A DNA stretch of 64,000 nt from Paraspadella gotoi (lineage: Eukaryota > Animalia > Chaetognatha): NCBI GenBank assembly GCA_051294375.1, contig CM119269.1, positions 1,897,601 through 1,961,600 on the forward strand, read 5' to 3'. The position numbers and the translations under genes are program-made. Below the pieces are notes generated by a model. That model was not told the DNA's origin and searched no databases. It was given only the letters and a program-made list of their open reading frames with translations. The first letter of the stretch is position 1, and each line of letters begins with the position of its first letter. This document shows, one piece after another, positions 26,908-44,501 of the stretch.

Positions 26908-28764
26908 ATGAAAGTTCGACCGACGAAAATAAACCCGACAGAAACGTTGTCGCTGACGACGACGACGACGACCAGAACGTCAACGGTCGATTTCACTCAC
27001 AGAATGATTCGTGTGAAACCCGATCGTGAGATTCACGTCGTCGAGACTTCGAATTCGCAAGAGAAAGACGACAATGACAACGACAACAATGACGACGACG
27101 ACGACGACGACGACTCGGAGCAAACTCTCGTCTTCTTCATCCACGGCGTCGGAGGTTCGGTGAAAATCTGGAATCATCAGCTCAAATTTTTCGCCGGTAG
27201 AGGACTTAAAATCGGGACAGCGTTTGGCGATTTAAATGGGTCCACTCGTTTCGTTTTAACTCTCTGTCCCTTTAGCTCGAGGCTACGCCTGCGCGGCCAT
27301 GGACCTGGTGGGTCACGGCGGCAGCGTCGTCCCCCGATCAGCGAGGGATTTTCACTTCGAGGAGATTAAAGGCGATGTCTTCTCGGTCTTCGATTCCATC
27401 AAGAGAGAAAGAAACGTCGTCATCGCTCATTCATACGGGTCACTCTTTGGGTCATCGGGTCATTCATACGGGTCACTCTTTGGGTCATCGGGTCATTCAT
27501 ACGGGTCACTCTTTGGGTCATCGGGTCATTGATTCGCAATTTTTTGAAGATTGCGATTCCCGATTTCACTTTTGAAAAAGTAGATGAAATTAAAATATAC
27601 AAAGATACAAAAAAAAAAAAGAAATTGGCAATTATGGCAACAGCCGGGTTGCCTGTGATGCCCATTGGGATGGGGCATCTCACTGTTGGCTTTGGGGGCT
27701 TCCGACCCTCAGTGACGCATCCAGTCACTGGCGCGGTTACCCTAGGACGGTCTCGCTTTGTCATAGCAGAGGGAAGTCGTTACGTTAGGACTGTGGACGG
27801 AACGCTACGCCTGGGATGGTGTGTTTCCCCTCTGAGCCAATGGATTTGGCTGAACGATGGTGGACGTGAGGCGGTGTGAATATACCGCCACACAATCATA
27901 TTTTCCTAGTTTCTCAATTCACCGGAATAACTTCTCACGATTCCAAAATTAATTTTATGAATATTCAATTAAATTACCTTTGGCCAACAGAAGCGCCTTC
28001 GCCAGTCTGCTTGCCCACACCTTCCCTCCACCCACCATCCACCACATCGTCCTTTTCGCTGGCGGCGCCCCTTACCCACTCCGACCCGACGAGGCCGTGC
28101 TGCGGATGCCGTCGGCCGCTTACCTTTGCTGCAGCCCCTGCATTCGGGTCGTATTCGAAAAGGTGAGTTCAAAAGTTAAATACGCGGAGAAAAATGTTCC
28201 GCTTCTTAATTAATTAATTAAGGTGGCTTTTCATGGGCGAGGAACAAAGGTGAGGCGGAAATCGTCGCTTCCGCCCAAACAGGCTTTCAGGGTGAGGTTA
28301 AATGGGTTAAATAAGAGTATTTTCAATGGTCATTCAGTCGGTCAATAATTGACTATTGTAAATGCTTAGGTCTCGCCATTCGTCTTGAAAAACATCATGT
28401 GCGGGCAGGTGTGGCCCGGCGGGAACGCGGCCTTCCACGCAGCCATCCGAACGCCCGCCCTCGTCGTTCACGGCGAGAGTGACAAGCTCGTCTCGTTGGA
28501 AGATGATGACGAGATGTTTCGGGTGATTGGAAATTATGGGCGAAGGAGACTATTAGATTAATATTAGATTATTAGATTATTATTAGATCTAAACCAAATT
28601 TTTAAAATCAAATCCAGGTGTTGCCTCTAGGAGAATTTTTGTTGGTGAAAGGGGCTTCTCACATGGCGATGATGGAAAAACCGGAGGACGTCAACGAAAT
28701 AATTCTCTCGTTTCTCACTCGTGATTCTGACAAACGAGAAGACAGAAATGCTGTGAACTCCTGA
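26908..28764 (+). CDS. ABHD8: ABHD8-like alpha/beta hydrolase; exons 26908-27196, 27276-27438, 27991-28162, 28223-28291, 28370-28522, 28618-28764
   Basis: Motifs FFIHGVGGS..IW, DLVGHGGS, nucleophile elbow IAHSYG|S, HGESDKLV (Asp) and GASHMAMME (His). All six exons join in phase. Confidence 0.88.
27428..27530 (+). repeat. 33-bp tandem repeat (3 copies) spanning an ABHD8 splice donor
   Basis: CATTCATACGG|GTCACTCTTTGGGTCATCGGGT at 27428, 27461 and 27494. Confidence 0.95.
27633..27892 (+). mobile_element. 260-bp structured interspersed element (solo-LTR/MITE-like) with a 4-bp target-site duplication
   Basis: Termini TATGGC...GCCACA, flanked by CAAT at 27629-27632 and 27893-27896. Alignable end to end with 31356-31598. 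Confidence 0.8.
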
Positions 28765-29441
28765 TTTATTTCTTTAGCACCAATGGTTTTGTATTTTCTT
28801 CATATTATCTCAGCGTTCGTGCGACAAAGCAATTGAGAACTAAGCGACGTCAGTCTCCCTTTTATTAGAATTGATAGAATTATAATTCTTAAAATGTTAC
28901 TTGTTCATAACCTTAACTATGAGTTCACAGTACATTGTTTTCGATACGCTCTTGAACCACGAAATGTTAAACCACGCTCAATTTTTAAAGTTATTGTACA
29001 ATCGCACCAAATCATTGAATAAATATTTTTACGAACTACATATTTTCTTCAATGAGATAGCTAAAATACAGACCTTAAAAAATTTTAAATAAGGGTTTTA
29101 ATATTGCCCCATTTATGCATTTTGTCATTTAAAACTTAGCTCGTCTGACATAAAGCTTATAAATAAAATACAGTATAAGCCTATTACTAATAAAAAAATA
29201 TGACCCAATGTCGCAAAAAACACGAAATCTTTATTCATACTTAAATACTTTAGTATAATACCATGCGGATCATACCTTAATAATTAATTACAACAAAAAA
29301 TGAAAAGAAAACTCAATTCTCTGTCCTAGCAGAATAAGTAACGCTCGATTCGCGTGATACAACAACGTTAATTGGTGCATGGGAGGGATTATTAAAGTTA
29401 ATAATAGTTTGTTTGTTTTAAAAAAAAAAACCGATTGGAAT

Positions 29442-33886
<4,445 letters not shown>

Positions 33887-35356
33887 TCAAATTTGTTTAT
33901 TTCCAGTTCAGATATTAGGCGTGTTCCCCAATCGAAACGCCCGGGAGGAATTCCTCTTTAGTTTGAGCCATTTCGTCTCTCTCTCTCTCTCTTTCTCTTT
34001 CATTCTCTTTAGAAATCGTGGCTGGAATCGGAGTAGACAAGAGTTGGCCGCCAAATCTCGTGCCTATCATTTTTTACAAGGGAGGCCAGTGGCCTGGGGA
34101 GTCATGGACCGAAGGCTTGCGTGTTTTTCGAGCGTCACCATCGTTAAGTAACCGTCTCTCGCTCGTCATCGTTACGAGTAACGTCTCTGTTGTCGTCTTA
34201 TAGATTTTTAAGTTTACGAGGTTTTTTGCTGATGATGCCAGGAACGGGGGCCGGACACGATAAAAGAAGAAAAAGAAACAAGAGGTTATTGTCCCTGGGG
34301 CGTCTTCGTGTATGAAGAAAAACTCCCAAGAGTGCTGAGATTTTGTTAAATTGCTCTAATCGAAGCTGTATTTATGAGACCTTAAGAGCGAGTAAACGTA
34401 ATCATCAATTACGTAACGGATCTTCTAGTTTATTGTTCTCTGAAGTAGGCACCGTAATTATAAGAACTGTTAATGTCAGTAAAAATGGAAAACAACCCAA
34501 AAAGAGCGTTAGGGAATGTTTAATTGTTTATCCGTAACCAAGGACGACCTGAGTGAGGATCGGTGGTTGGTAGGATAAAAGCACTTCTCTCTTTTTCGAC
34601 AAAGTTCTTTACAGAATTAAATACAAATTGCACGAGTTATAAACTCGCCTAACTAATTCCCGCCTGCTGAGCGAGTCGATCACTTCCTATGATTTTCGAA
34701 AACAAATTTGGAAACAAGATTATTGCTTCGCGTTTTACTTTTAAATTGCTTATTTACTACATATTGACATTCTCCTTGTCAAACGAATGAAGTAGCCTCG
34801 TCTACGAACAAAAAGTAAACAAAACGCTTTTAGAAATCAGGCTGAAAAGAAGTAATGAACATGCTTTATTACTTAACAAAATAAAAAGCCTAAAAATAAA
34901 GTCGTATCACAATAATTTCGCCTAAATTAAAATTAAGTAAAATTAAAGAAAAACAAAGGTTGGCGGAGGAACTGTTGTCAGTATTTAAAAGGAAATGCTT
35001 CTTTCGACTTTTGATTGAGAGGGAGTTCTTTTTGTCCACGGCCGTCGAAAAGCGATAATGACCTGAAAATAAGATGTATTAATATAAAATTATTAAAGAA
35101 GACAGGAACTCAAAGCAAGTAAAAAATTATAAAACATTTTTCAAGGCAAAAGCAATTCTTTATAAAGGCGTCGCAAAAAGAGCCAGTATCATTATCAATA
35201 GTATCAACAAAATTTTAAAGGCTCAGTACAATTTATAAAACAATTGATGTCCTGACCGAATATAAGTAATTTTAACTGTAAACAAAGTGACAATAAATCT
35301 ATCGCTTTTTTCAAAATCAGAGCATTAGGGATACCCAGGGGGAAATTTCACCTGCT

Positions 35357-38300
35357 TTAAAGACGGGGATACCCAAGAAGAGTTTCAGCAACGCCGAGGT
35401 AGTAAACAGTCTGAGCAATTCCGAACAAAGGGGCGATCACGCACACGCGGCATAGCGATCCTGTTGTTGGGATATATACATTCGTATTAAATTTGAAATT
35501 ATATGTTGTTATATATTACCATTGAAAAATAAATTTACCTTTCAAAAAAGCTTTTGGTCCTTCTTTCTTCAATATTTTCTGAAAACAATCCCGAACGCCA
35601 AGATAGGAGTCCTCTCCAGCAGCTCTGGTAAGCACCTTATTTAACGAAAGGATAGCAATGATAAGTCGTAAATTCTCTCATCGCTCGCTCCCTTCCACCG
35701 CCCATTTTACCTGCAGTCTGGTCTTGACGACGTCGAAAGGGTTGACAGCGACAGCGGCGACGCAGCCGGCGACGCAGCCCGAAAGGAAGGAATGATAGAA
35801 GACGACGGAATCGGATCCCGGGCGGCGGGGACCGAGAGCGTTGAGATTAGCGAAGAGCGGGAAGTAGACTAGAGAGAAGGTGACGTCCCGCAAAGCCGTG
35901 GCTCCCGTCCCTTTGTACAGGCCGACCAGGCCTTTGGTGCGGATGAGCTCCATCGCGATCGAGGTGGCCGAGAGGCGTGGGGCAGTCAGGGAGGTCGTAG
36001 CCATGGATCGAGCTGCCGTTTTGCCCGTCGTCTGTTTTCGGAGAAAGACGAATGAAAAAGCTTAAAGATTGAGTATTATTATTATTATTTATATTATTTC
36101 ATATCACATAAAAAGAACTTATAATGCCCAGCACCTGCATTCCTTGGCCTGCGTTCTTTTCGGCTGATGGAATGAGTAAGTTTCCGTAGGCGGCAGCGGG
36201 CATCGAGGAAAATGCGACAGATTTAGCCACGGCTGAAAATAAAATAATTCTCATGAAGCAACGTTAATAATAAAAAAATAATAATATTAAAAGAAAGTGA
36301 CGAAATGAGGAAACATTTTCACTTCAGGATTGAAATAAACAATTAGCTGACGCTAAATGTCATAATTACAACGCAATGCGTGTATTGTCTTAAAACCTCG
36401 GATAATTATAATTCAGTTTGAAACTATAAGGTCGAAATGAGTTATTTTTTTGTTTCATTTGAATTAATGGATTTTTCATAAAAGTTTTAAAATGTTTCCT
36501 TCAATGCTTACAATGTTTATTGGATAGTAGATAGTAAAATGATACGGTATATAATTATAAAAAAATGATAAAATAAGGGGAAAATCAAATAAAAGAATGC
36601 AATCGAATGCAATGCGAGTTATTTCTTAAAATAATCATTGAAGAGATCGAGAGGGGGTAACCCAATTAATATCAAACTGTGGAGTCGTGGACGCAACAAG
36701 TTTCAACTATGTTTACACTGCCGAAAAAAAAAAATTCACTTGATCTAGCTAAATTTTATAAATAATTTGTATGTTTTATTATATCGTGAAGGGGCCATAA
36801 AAAAGAAAATTTAAATTGAATGACTTCGCGATTTACACATTTTACAAATCCTTCAATAATTTGCGGATTTCAACGCAGTAACCTTCTATGGATTGTAAAT
36901 AACACCAGCGCTTTTCACAATACTACTGATTAAAAATCAAGCACGTACCTTTTAGATAATCGCGAAAACAACTGGCACACCGTGCTCATATCGAAATATC
37001 ACGTATAATGTTTAAAACACGAAATAAGAGCAGGGCCAGTGTTTTCATACAAGAAATCCGTCAAAAGAAATTGAAAACGCACAAAGGAATACAAAAGAAA
37101 GAATAGCAATGACAAAAAAGTGGAAAAGACAAGGAATTTTTAAAAAGGGCATTAAATACGTAAGCTCCAAGAAAGAAGCTATTTTGACTGGAGAAAAAGG
37201 GGAAAAAAGCGCTTACCCTGGCGGCCTGCGTCCTGCATTGTAATTTTAAGGAGTTCCATCGGGGTAGTGATGACGATTTGGCACAAGCCCGCACTTCCGC
37301 CGGCCAAAACCTCTTTGGGAAGAGTGAGTTTTCCACTGTCGAAATTGTTAAATAAAATTAGTTTCGATGTTTGAATAAACTTGATAACACAAAAACATTA
37401 GCATACTTGGTGTCGGTGAGTCGATGGCGGAAAAAGTCGTTAGCAACCAATTTAATTACTTTTTCGGGAGTGATCAATAGAAGGTTGACGCCAGATCCTG
37501 TGAATAACGAATATAAATGAAAATATGAAACAAACGATACTAAAAAAACATTAGTACAAGATGCTAATTCTATAGCAAACTAGTTATAAGAACCAGGTTT
37601 TGGGTGCCAACTTTTTTAATAAGCCGATTTATTTCTAAAGTGAAAGTATAATTTATTATTAAATTAAATTATCAGATACAGCCTACAAATCACTAATCAG
37701 ACATCTGAAGTTCATATTAAACATTTTTATTATCTGTTGCAACCTGAATAAAAAAAAAAAAATTACAAAATTATATAACCAGTTAAATCAACTTAATGTC
37801 TGGCACAAATTTACCAATATTTTTTTTATGTTTTACTAAATATAATTCAGAAAGAAATATTTAACTTTATTTTGAATAATCTTGGTTCTTAAAAAAAAAA
37901 TCAAGATTTGGGATTTGACAACACTACGAGTCATGAACTGCTTGATATTAAAATTTTTTACATTGTAAAACACACTTTGAAAGAAAGGCAAAACTAAACT
38001 GCTACAAACTACGATGGAGTGTAGAAAATGGGAAAAATACTAAATTTCATAACTGGTTAAAAGTGGCACAGCCAAAGTACTTCATAAAATTATCTAACCT
38101 AACGAAATTTAAAAAGACCGGATAAACTATAACAGCATTCCATTAAACAAACCCTTCATTTCTTTTAATAAAACTTTAGTAAATGTGGTAAAAATCTTGG
38201 TGCAATTACGGATGGTAAGAAATAGAAAACCACCCGGATAAGAAAAATAACCTGAACCACAATACGAGCCTCTTGCTTCTCTTTCGAATGTTATAAGTGA

Positions 38301-39212
38301 TTAAGGTTTGACCTCACCATATATTTTTCTACAAGACTCACAGGTTTTTCATTTCACCCGCGCGAGTACGAAACGCGAACAAAACCGGAGAGCGAGCTTT
38401 TTCGGTGGAGGGAAGGGGTTCCCTTTTTTCGATCTCGCCCCATATTCCTCGTTTCGATTCGTATGAAACATTTAACTTTTCTGTAGAGGTAAAAATCCGC
38501 TCTTGGGGGAGAGCGGCGACTAGTTGTAATACGATATATTAAGCGGGAAAAAGAAAGGGAAAATCGGGAGGAGGACACAACTCACCTCTGTACATGCCAC
38601 GGAATCCTTCGGTGCGTTGAGTTTTAACGAAACAATCCAACCTAAACGATTAGAAGGATATGTTTAATTATTAAGACTAACAGTATTTAAGAAACGGTGG
38701 ACCGAAAGAATTTACTTACATAGATTTGTACATGCGTTCTCCATTTGGTCCAATCTGCTGATTTTGAAGCCTTGTCTTGACCAGATCTATAGGGAACACG
38801 CAAGTGACCCCAACGAGTCCCGCGATTGATGCATTTACGACCTTTGGTACTAGTCTAGAAGATGAGGAAAAGGGTCAGTGATGAGAAGCAATATATTTTC
38901 AACAGAGCTTTGGCCAAGCCTATAGAATTTCTATTTATAAAACTTTCTTCGAAGGTTTTCGATCATCATTCAACGTAGTCGGAACATTACGAGCTCAAAG
39001 TTTTTACCTCAGGCAAATAAACTAAAAATAAACTAAAAATAAAATAAAAAGAGCGATCGCTTATTTCCCCACGAATAGTGAAAAAACCCAGCCCCAATCA
39101 ACAGCGAACGCAGGAAAAATAAAAATAAAAAATTTTTAAAAAAACCATCCACACTACACAGCTTTTGCTGAGCGGGTGCAGATGCTGGAACTCACTGAAA
39201 CTGTTGGTCCAT
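35357..39212 (-). CDS. SLC25A22: Mitochondrial glutamate carrier (SLC25A22/SLC25A18-like)
   Basis: Three carrier signature motifs ([39 protein letters not shown]), plus [43 protein letters not shown] and [22 protein letters not shown]. Confidence 0.93.
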
Positions 39213-42200
39213 CCGACAGCCGGTTTCCCAGTTGAAGATATTATTGCAAAATTCGAAGAAAAAATCGAATTTTTGGGTGAAAACAGATTCGGAGGTGACT
39301 TCGAGAGATTTGGAGACCTTCACGTGGATTAAGAACTCATTATTTAATACAAGTTTAAAATGAAATTTAAAATTTTCCCTCACTGTTTTAATCAATCGGG
39401 CAACTAAAAGGAAATGACAAAATCAAATCGGACAATAAAATCGATCCATTAAAAAAAATCTGGATAAATGCAGGTTTTTCGTATACTTTAGAAAAATTGA
39501 GAGAGAAGAATTGGATCTTGGTATTTAATCTTATATGTAGACATTTACATTGAGCAAACAACTCGGCTGTCGCGAATAATTCTAAAATTCAATCTCGTTA
39601 CGGATTTAAACTCCGCAATTGATTACACAAAAATTTTAATTTAAACGAGTCACGTTATTCATCCAGTTATATAACCATAAACTATTTATTTTCTATTTGA
39701 CCTTTACTATTTTAATCAGTTTAAGGCTACGCAATTTGGTTATATAACGTAAAAATCTACTCTTTAATTAGAGGAAGATAACTATATAATCAGAATTAGT
39801 TCGACGTTCGTCCTTCAACACAGAGCGTTGTAAATTGTAACTCGTACCCGAGAGCAGTTTAAAAATTCTGGGCAATTGGGTCGTGAGTTTAACCGTCAAA
39901 ACAAAGAGCAAGAATGTAGGCCAGCGAAAATATAAGACATTTAATTCAGACGAGAACTGATGGGAAATTACTAAATGGCAAGGCAAAAGGTTTTTCTGGA
40001 GCTCTTAATGGCCTCGATGAATATCAAAGTGAAAATAGTGGTTATCTGTTGTACCAATTTCATAACAGAGCGGAGTAGAAGAGTGGTCCTCTTATACAAT
40101 TATAACAAGTCATAGAAATATTATAACTGATAGAGAAGCAAGGACTGGGTCTTAATAAACTAGACAATGAGACTGTCTTTATAAAAAGCTTGTAGTGTCG
40201 TAGGAGTGTTAAAGGCCACCACTATTGCCTATCCAATTGCAAAGACAATTGCAAAGATGGTATGTATTTAATATACAAAATGAATAACTTTTATATCGGT
40301 TATACCAATTTCAAACAATTTATCGCAAGCTTTGACTCGACTCCTACGTCAAATTATAGATTATAAAAATTACAAATAATAATTTGTTATCAGTTGTCGC
40401 ATCATGCGGCATAAAGGACAAATGCGTAAAATAGTATGGTACCTGAGGGGGAAGGCAAGCGAAAGCGGGTACAACGAATCGGAGAAGATCGTAGAGGGAA
40501 CCGGCTTCGTCGGGGTCTCGAAGTTTGGAGGAGAAATTAGCGCCACCACCCGGGATCAGCCTGGCAAGGGCGAAGCATGTCAAAATATTAAATTTCGAGC
40601 AACTCCTTCAAAGGTGTTAAGGAACTCGACCTTTTATCAAGGAGAGATCGACCTTAAAACGCGCTTATTCCCAGGAAAAACTTACATGATTTTGTTGAAC
40701 ATTTAAAGTTTTAAACCTTTTTAAGTTGCCCCGCAAGTACTACTCTCCAAGTGAATATTTAGTCGTTTTGTCTGTCTACATCTTATCTATTAAAAACTTA
40801 TAAATTGTGTTATACTAGCCATCGATTTAATATTTTATAAATAAAAAATAGCTATTTATAAAATTGGTACAACCAATATAAAAATTATTCATTCATTTAA
40901 TAAATAAGCTATCTTGCCCCTGACTTTGGACAGGCAATCTTTAATCACCAGAGTAAGAGGACAAACTGGCAGGTTCTAAAGTTGTTTTAGATAATAACCA
41001 TAATAATATATTAATTATTTTAGATATTTGATAATAATTGTTTTATTTAGCGATTTAAAAAAACGTAAAAAGAAAATTAACGCGATGCAACACCCTGGAA
41101 TTGCACTTGGATTTAACACAAGCTTATCTATAAAAATCTGTTTATCACCGGAAAAGCTTATCTCTATTCGTTTATACCCTTTGAACTGTAAAGGCTGAAC
41201 TCGAAGCGGTGGCGGTGGTTCGAAAGGAGTGAATTGATGATAGTCCGCCTGGTGGTTATGGCGTTGCTGGTAAGAATGAGTTGGCGCCGGGAAATGTTGT
41301 GAGACGGCGTTGCAGAAGCTGTTCCTGTTTAATGAACATTGGAGGGAACATTGAACAGAGTATAATTAAGAAGGAGTCTGTAAGTCTGTCTCTGAAGCAC
41401 ATCCAAACAAATTCAAAAACCATTTTAATTTTACCAAAAAGGCCAAACCAGGTAGAAATGTGATCAGGTTTCGTTTGAATTAATTTTCAAAAAGATTTTT
41501 TTTGGCAAAATGGACATATATTTCTGGTAATGTAACAACTTCCAAATTACGAATGCAGTTATCGTAAGTTAACGATTTCATAACGTCAAAGCCGAATACG
41601 GTGGAATAATCATAAGAGCGCAGGTCTTTTAGGAATTAACAGAACATGCAATGCAAGTTTTTAATATTAGATGAAATTTTTTTTTCTGAAAAGAGAAAAG
41701 ATATACAACCATGTGGTTTTACAAAAGATGCCTCGGTCGGCGAAAGTAAACTTTTACCGAGCATGGATGTCTTTCTATTCTCTTTTCTGAACTTTAAAAG
41801 AATGAATGACAAGTATCAACAAGTACATAAATAAAGAAACGGCAAAACAACGGTTATTATGTACCGAATAGAAGAAATTAAAGATTGCTCTTCCATTTTG
41901 CCCTAGTTTGCAAAAAAGAAGGAATACTAAAACAGTTTTATGATATTCTTTTCAATAAATATTTATTATTTAATAATTCATGACATAGGTGGCGGTAGAC
42001 TGTCAGGCCATGTTTTTGAAACTATAGAGAGATAGATCACTTTAGTTTTAAAACGTTAATTTTTCGAAAATACATAGTCATTAGACATAAGCAATATTAT
42101 TAAACTTTTTACGAAAAAAATCGCCAAGAACTGCATCGAAGGTTTATTTTTCTCGGGAGAAATACAATTAAATACCGTAATACCCAATAAAAATTCCTAG

Positions 42201-42425
42201 TTTTTTTACTCACCTAGTAAGAATCTCAATGGATAATTTAATTCCTATTAGATAAATAGTAGCGTAAAACACTGAGCTAAGTATAGGGAAAGACGGACCG
42301 TGGGCTGCGATGGAGAGGAGAGGACTGAGAAGCCTAAACTCATTCGAGGTCGAAGCGATGACTCGCTCAGCACGAGACTCAGTTTCATACGGACTTTTCT
42401 CGCACGATCCTCGGCAGATATACAT
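39213..42425 (-). other. Candidate upstream exons (42425-42214, 41318-41178, 40560-40443, 39317-39213): N-terminal extension of the carrier, its 5' UTR, or a separate gene
   Basis: GC-richer blocks with GT-AG boundaries that join without stops, in frame with ATG 39212. No domain was recognised. Confidence 0.35.
40890..40935. repeat. Short dispersed repeat, also at about 61220-61265
   Basis: CATTCATTTAATAAA(T/C)AAGCTATCTTG(C/G)CCCTGACTTTGGACAGGC occurs in both places and in the duplicated block near 52205. Confidence 0.75.
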
Positions 42426-43912
42426 CCGGGACGTCGTTAAATGCGAGCCGTCGACATCCGGGTGGGAAGGAAAGAAAAAAAAAAGGATCCTGTTGTGTTG
42501 ACCGTTAAAAAAAACCTCTTAGCCGGCTCACAATGACTTTGAGACAGAGCCCCTATACTAGTGTGTGCATCCATAACTTTCATTCAAGAATGAAATCGAG
42601 TAATTCAATTTATTATATTTTAATTTTTCAAAAAAAGCATCTATTTCTGCGAAACTATTTGCTTTTAGTAAAAGTTAAGGATTTAACCACAATTGATTTA
42701 TTTGTATACCCCCAAAAAACTCGTTTTGTGGGTTGGTAACGCTAAATTATATTTAGATAATTAGCTGAACTGTTGCATCATCCACTTCAAACATCGAAAC
42801 GATGCATTTTTTTAGAAAAAAAATTAGGTCGGAGTTGTTTTTTTTTTGGTTTTTTTTTAGGGAAGATTATAAAATTAACGAGTTAATATTAATCTAAGCT
42901 GTATTCAATGGTAGATTATGACTATTCTTTTGAAGAGTGAATTAAATAAGTTAGGTCAATTTTAGTGTAGTAGATATGTAGTTTATAATTATAGCTTAAA
43001 ACTATAAATTGTCTGATTTTCAATGCACTTAAGTTGTGAAAAAATTAATAACAATCTTACAGTAATAAAATGTAAATATGATACTATCATACCTTTATTG
43101 GTTTGCTCATTCATTAGTTCAGGAATGCTACGATTGCCTTCTTTTATCTGAAAAAAGGCTCGTAAGATGGCACTACTTCTATATCTCATCGTGTTCACGT
43201 TCTGTCTTTTGTTCATTTAGTTTCATGGACTTCACGCGTGAAACAAAACAATTATAAAAAAATTAATATTTAATTTACTTCTAAATATTCTATATCTCAA
43301 ATTATTATTTCAATTATTGAACGAATATTAATCTCTAATTTTATAATCCATGATATTTAGGGATTGCTTATATTTTTTTGTTATTCAAGGATACATTCTC
43401 AAATTAAAATTTGAAATAATTAATCCTTCATAATTTTCATAGTTTCCTAATTTTCTTAATCAAGTTTTCTCGGTGAATAAGATGCAGTCCTGACTGAATT
43501 TATTGCCTTAATAATTTTTAGCTGGCACACTTTGCAACATTAAAGTATAATATTCATGATTAGGCACATAGTTACCCATGGTAAATACAAAATACACTAT
43601 ACTATTGTACTTACCAGACGCACCGACTCACTCACTCCCATTCGACCAGAATTGACTCCCCCTCTTCCCCCCGTGACTTCCTCGCCATTCGTCTCTCGCG
43701 CTGACAGTTTGAATATCATTGAGGCCGCAGAGCGAACCTCGCGCGCCTTTTGGCCCGCAACGCCCCTGGCGCCCGCGCGGGCATTCGCTCCCCGCGCGTG
43801 ACCCCGTCCTCGCGTGAAGACGCTTTATTTCTTTATTTCCTGATTTATATCAACCGTTCGATGGCCGGACCCTTTAAACAAAAGGAAGGCAGCGAGGGGA
43901 GAGACGAGCGGA

Positions 43913-44043
<131 letters not shown>

Positions 44044-44376
44044 CGCTCTTTATTGCTTCTCCACAATTTCTCCCTAAGTTTCTTTTTCAGATTTTGTTAC
44101 TACTGGCCGATTCTGCTGTCGGTTCGTCCATACCTTATGTCTTATTCTTACGCCTTGATTTCCCCGCTTCGTACATGACTCTCCAACTCTCTCTCTCATC
44201 ATCCCACTCCCCAGGTGGCGCTATGAAATGACGTCAAGCAGGGTAGGCGCCATCCAGCGCGGGCGTCATCTCGCTTCATAATCGCCGATGAGGAGGAAGA
44301 ATCTTGACAAAATCCTCCTGAAATATGGGCAGTTGTGANNNNNNNNNNNNNNNNNNNNNNNNNCGCAGGCGGGGGC

Positions 44377-44460
<84 letters not shown>

Positions 44461-44464
44461 CTCT

Positions 44465-44501
<37 letters not shown>

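Noticed and set aside
27870-27910. Helitron 3' end (hairpin followed by CTAG)
   Set aside because: The CTAG lies outside the shared homology and is absent from the other copy, and a 4-bp target-site duplication is inconsistent with Helitrons.
42287-43801. Plus-strand two-exon gene (MERRGLRS... joined to RTDSLTP...)
   Set aside because: The phase fits, but stronger donors (GTGAGT at 42213, GTAAGT at 43614) are on the minus strand and no homology was recognised. It remains unresolved without RNA data.
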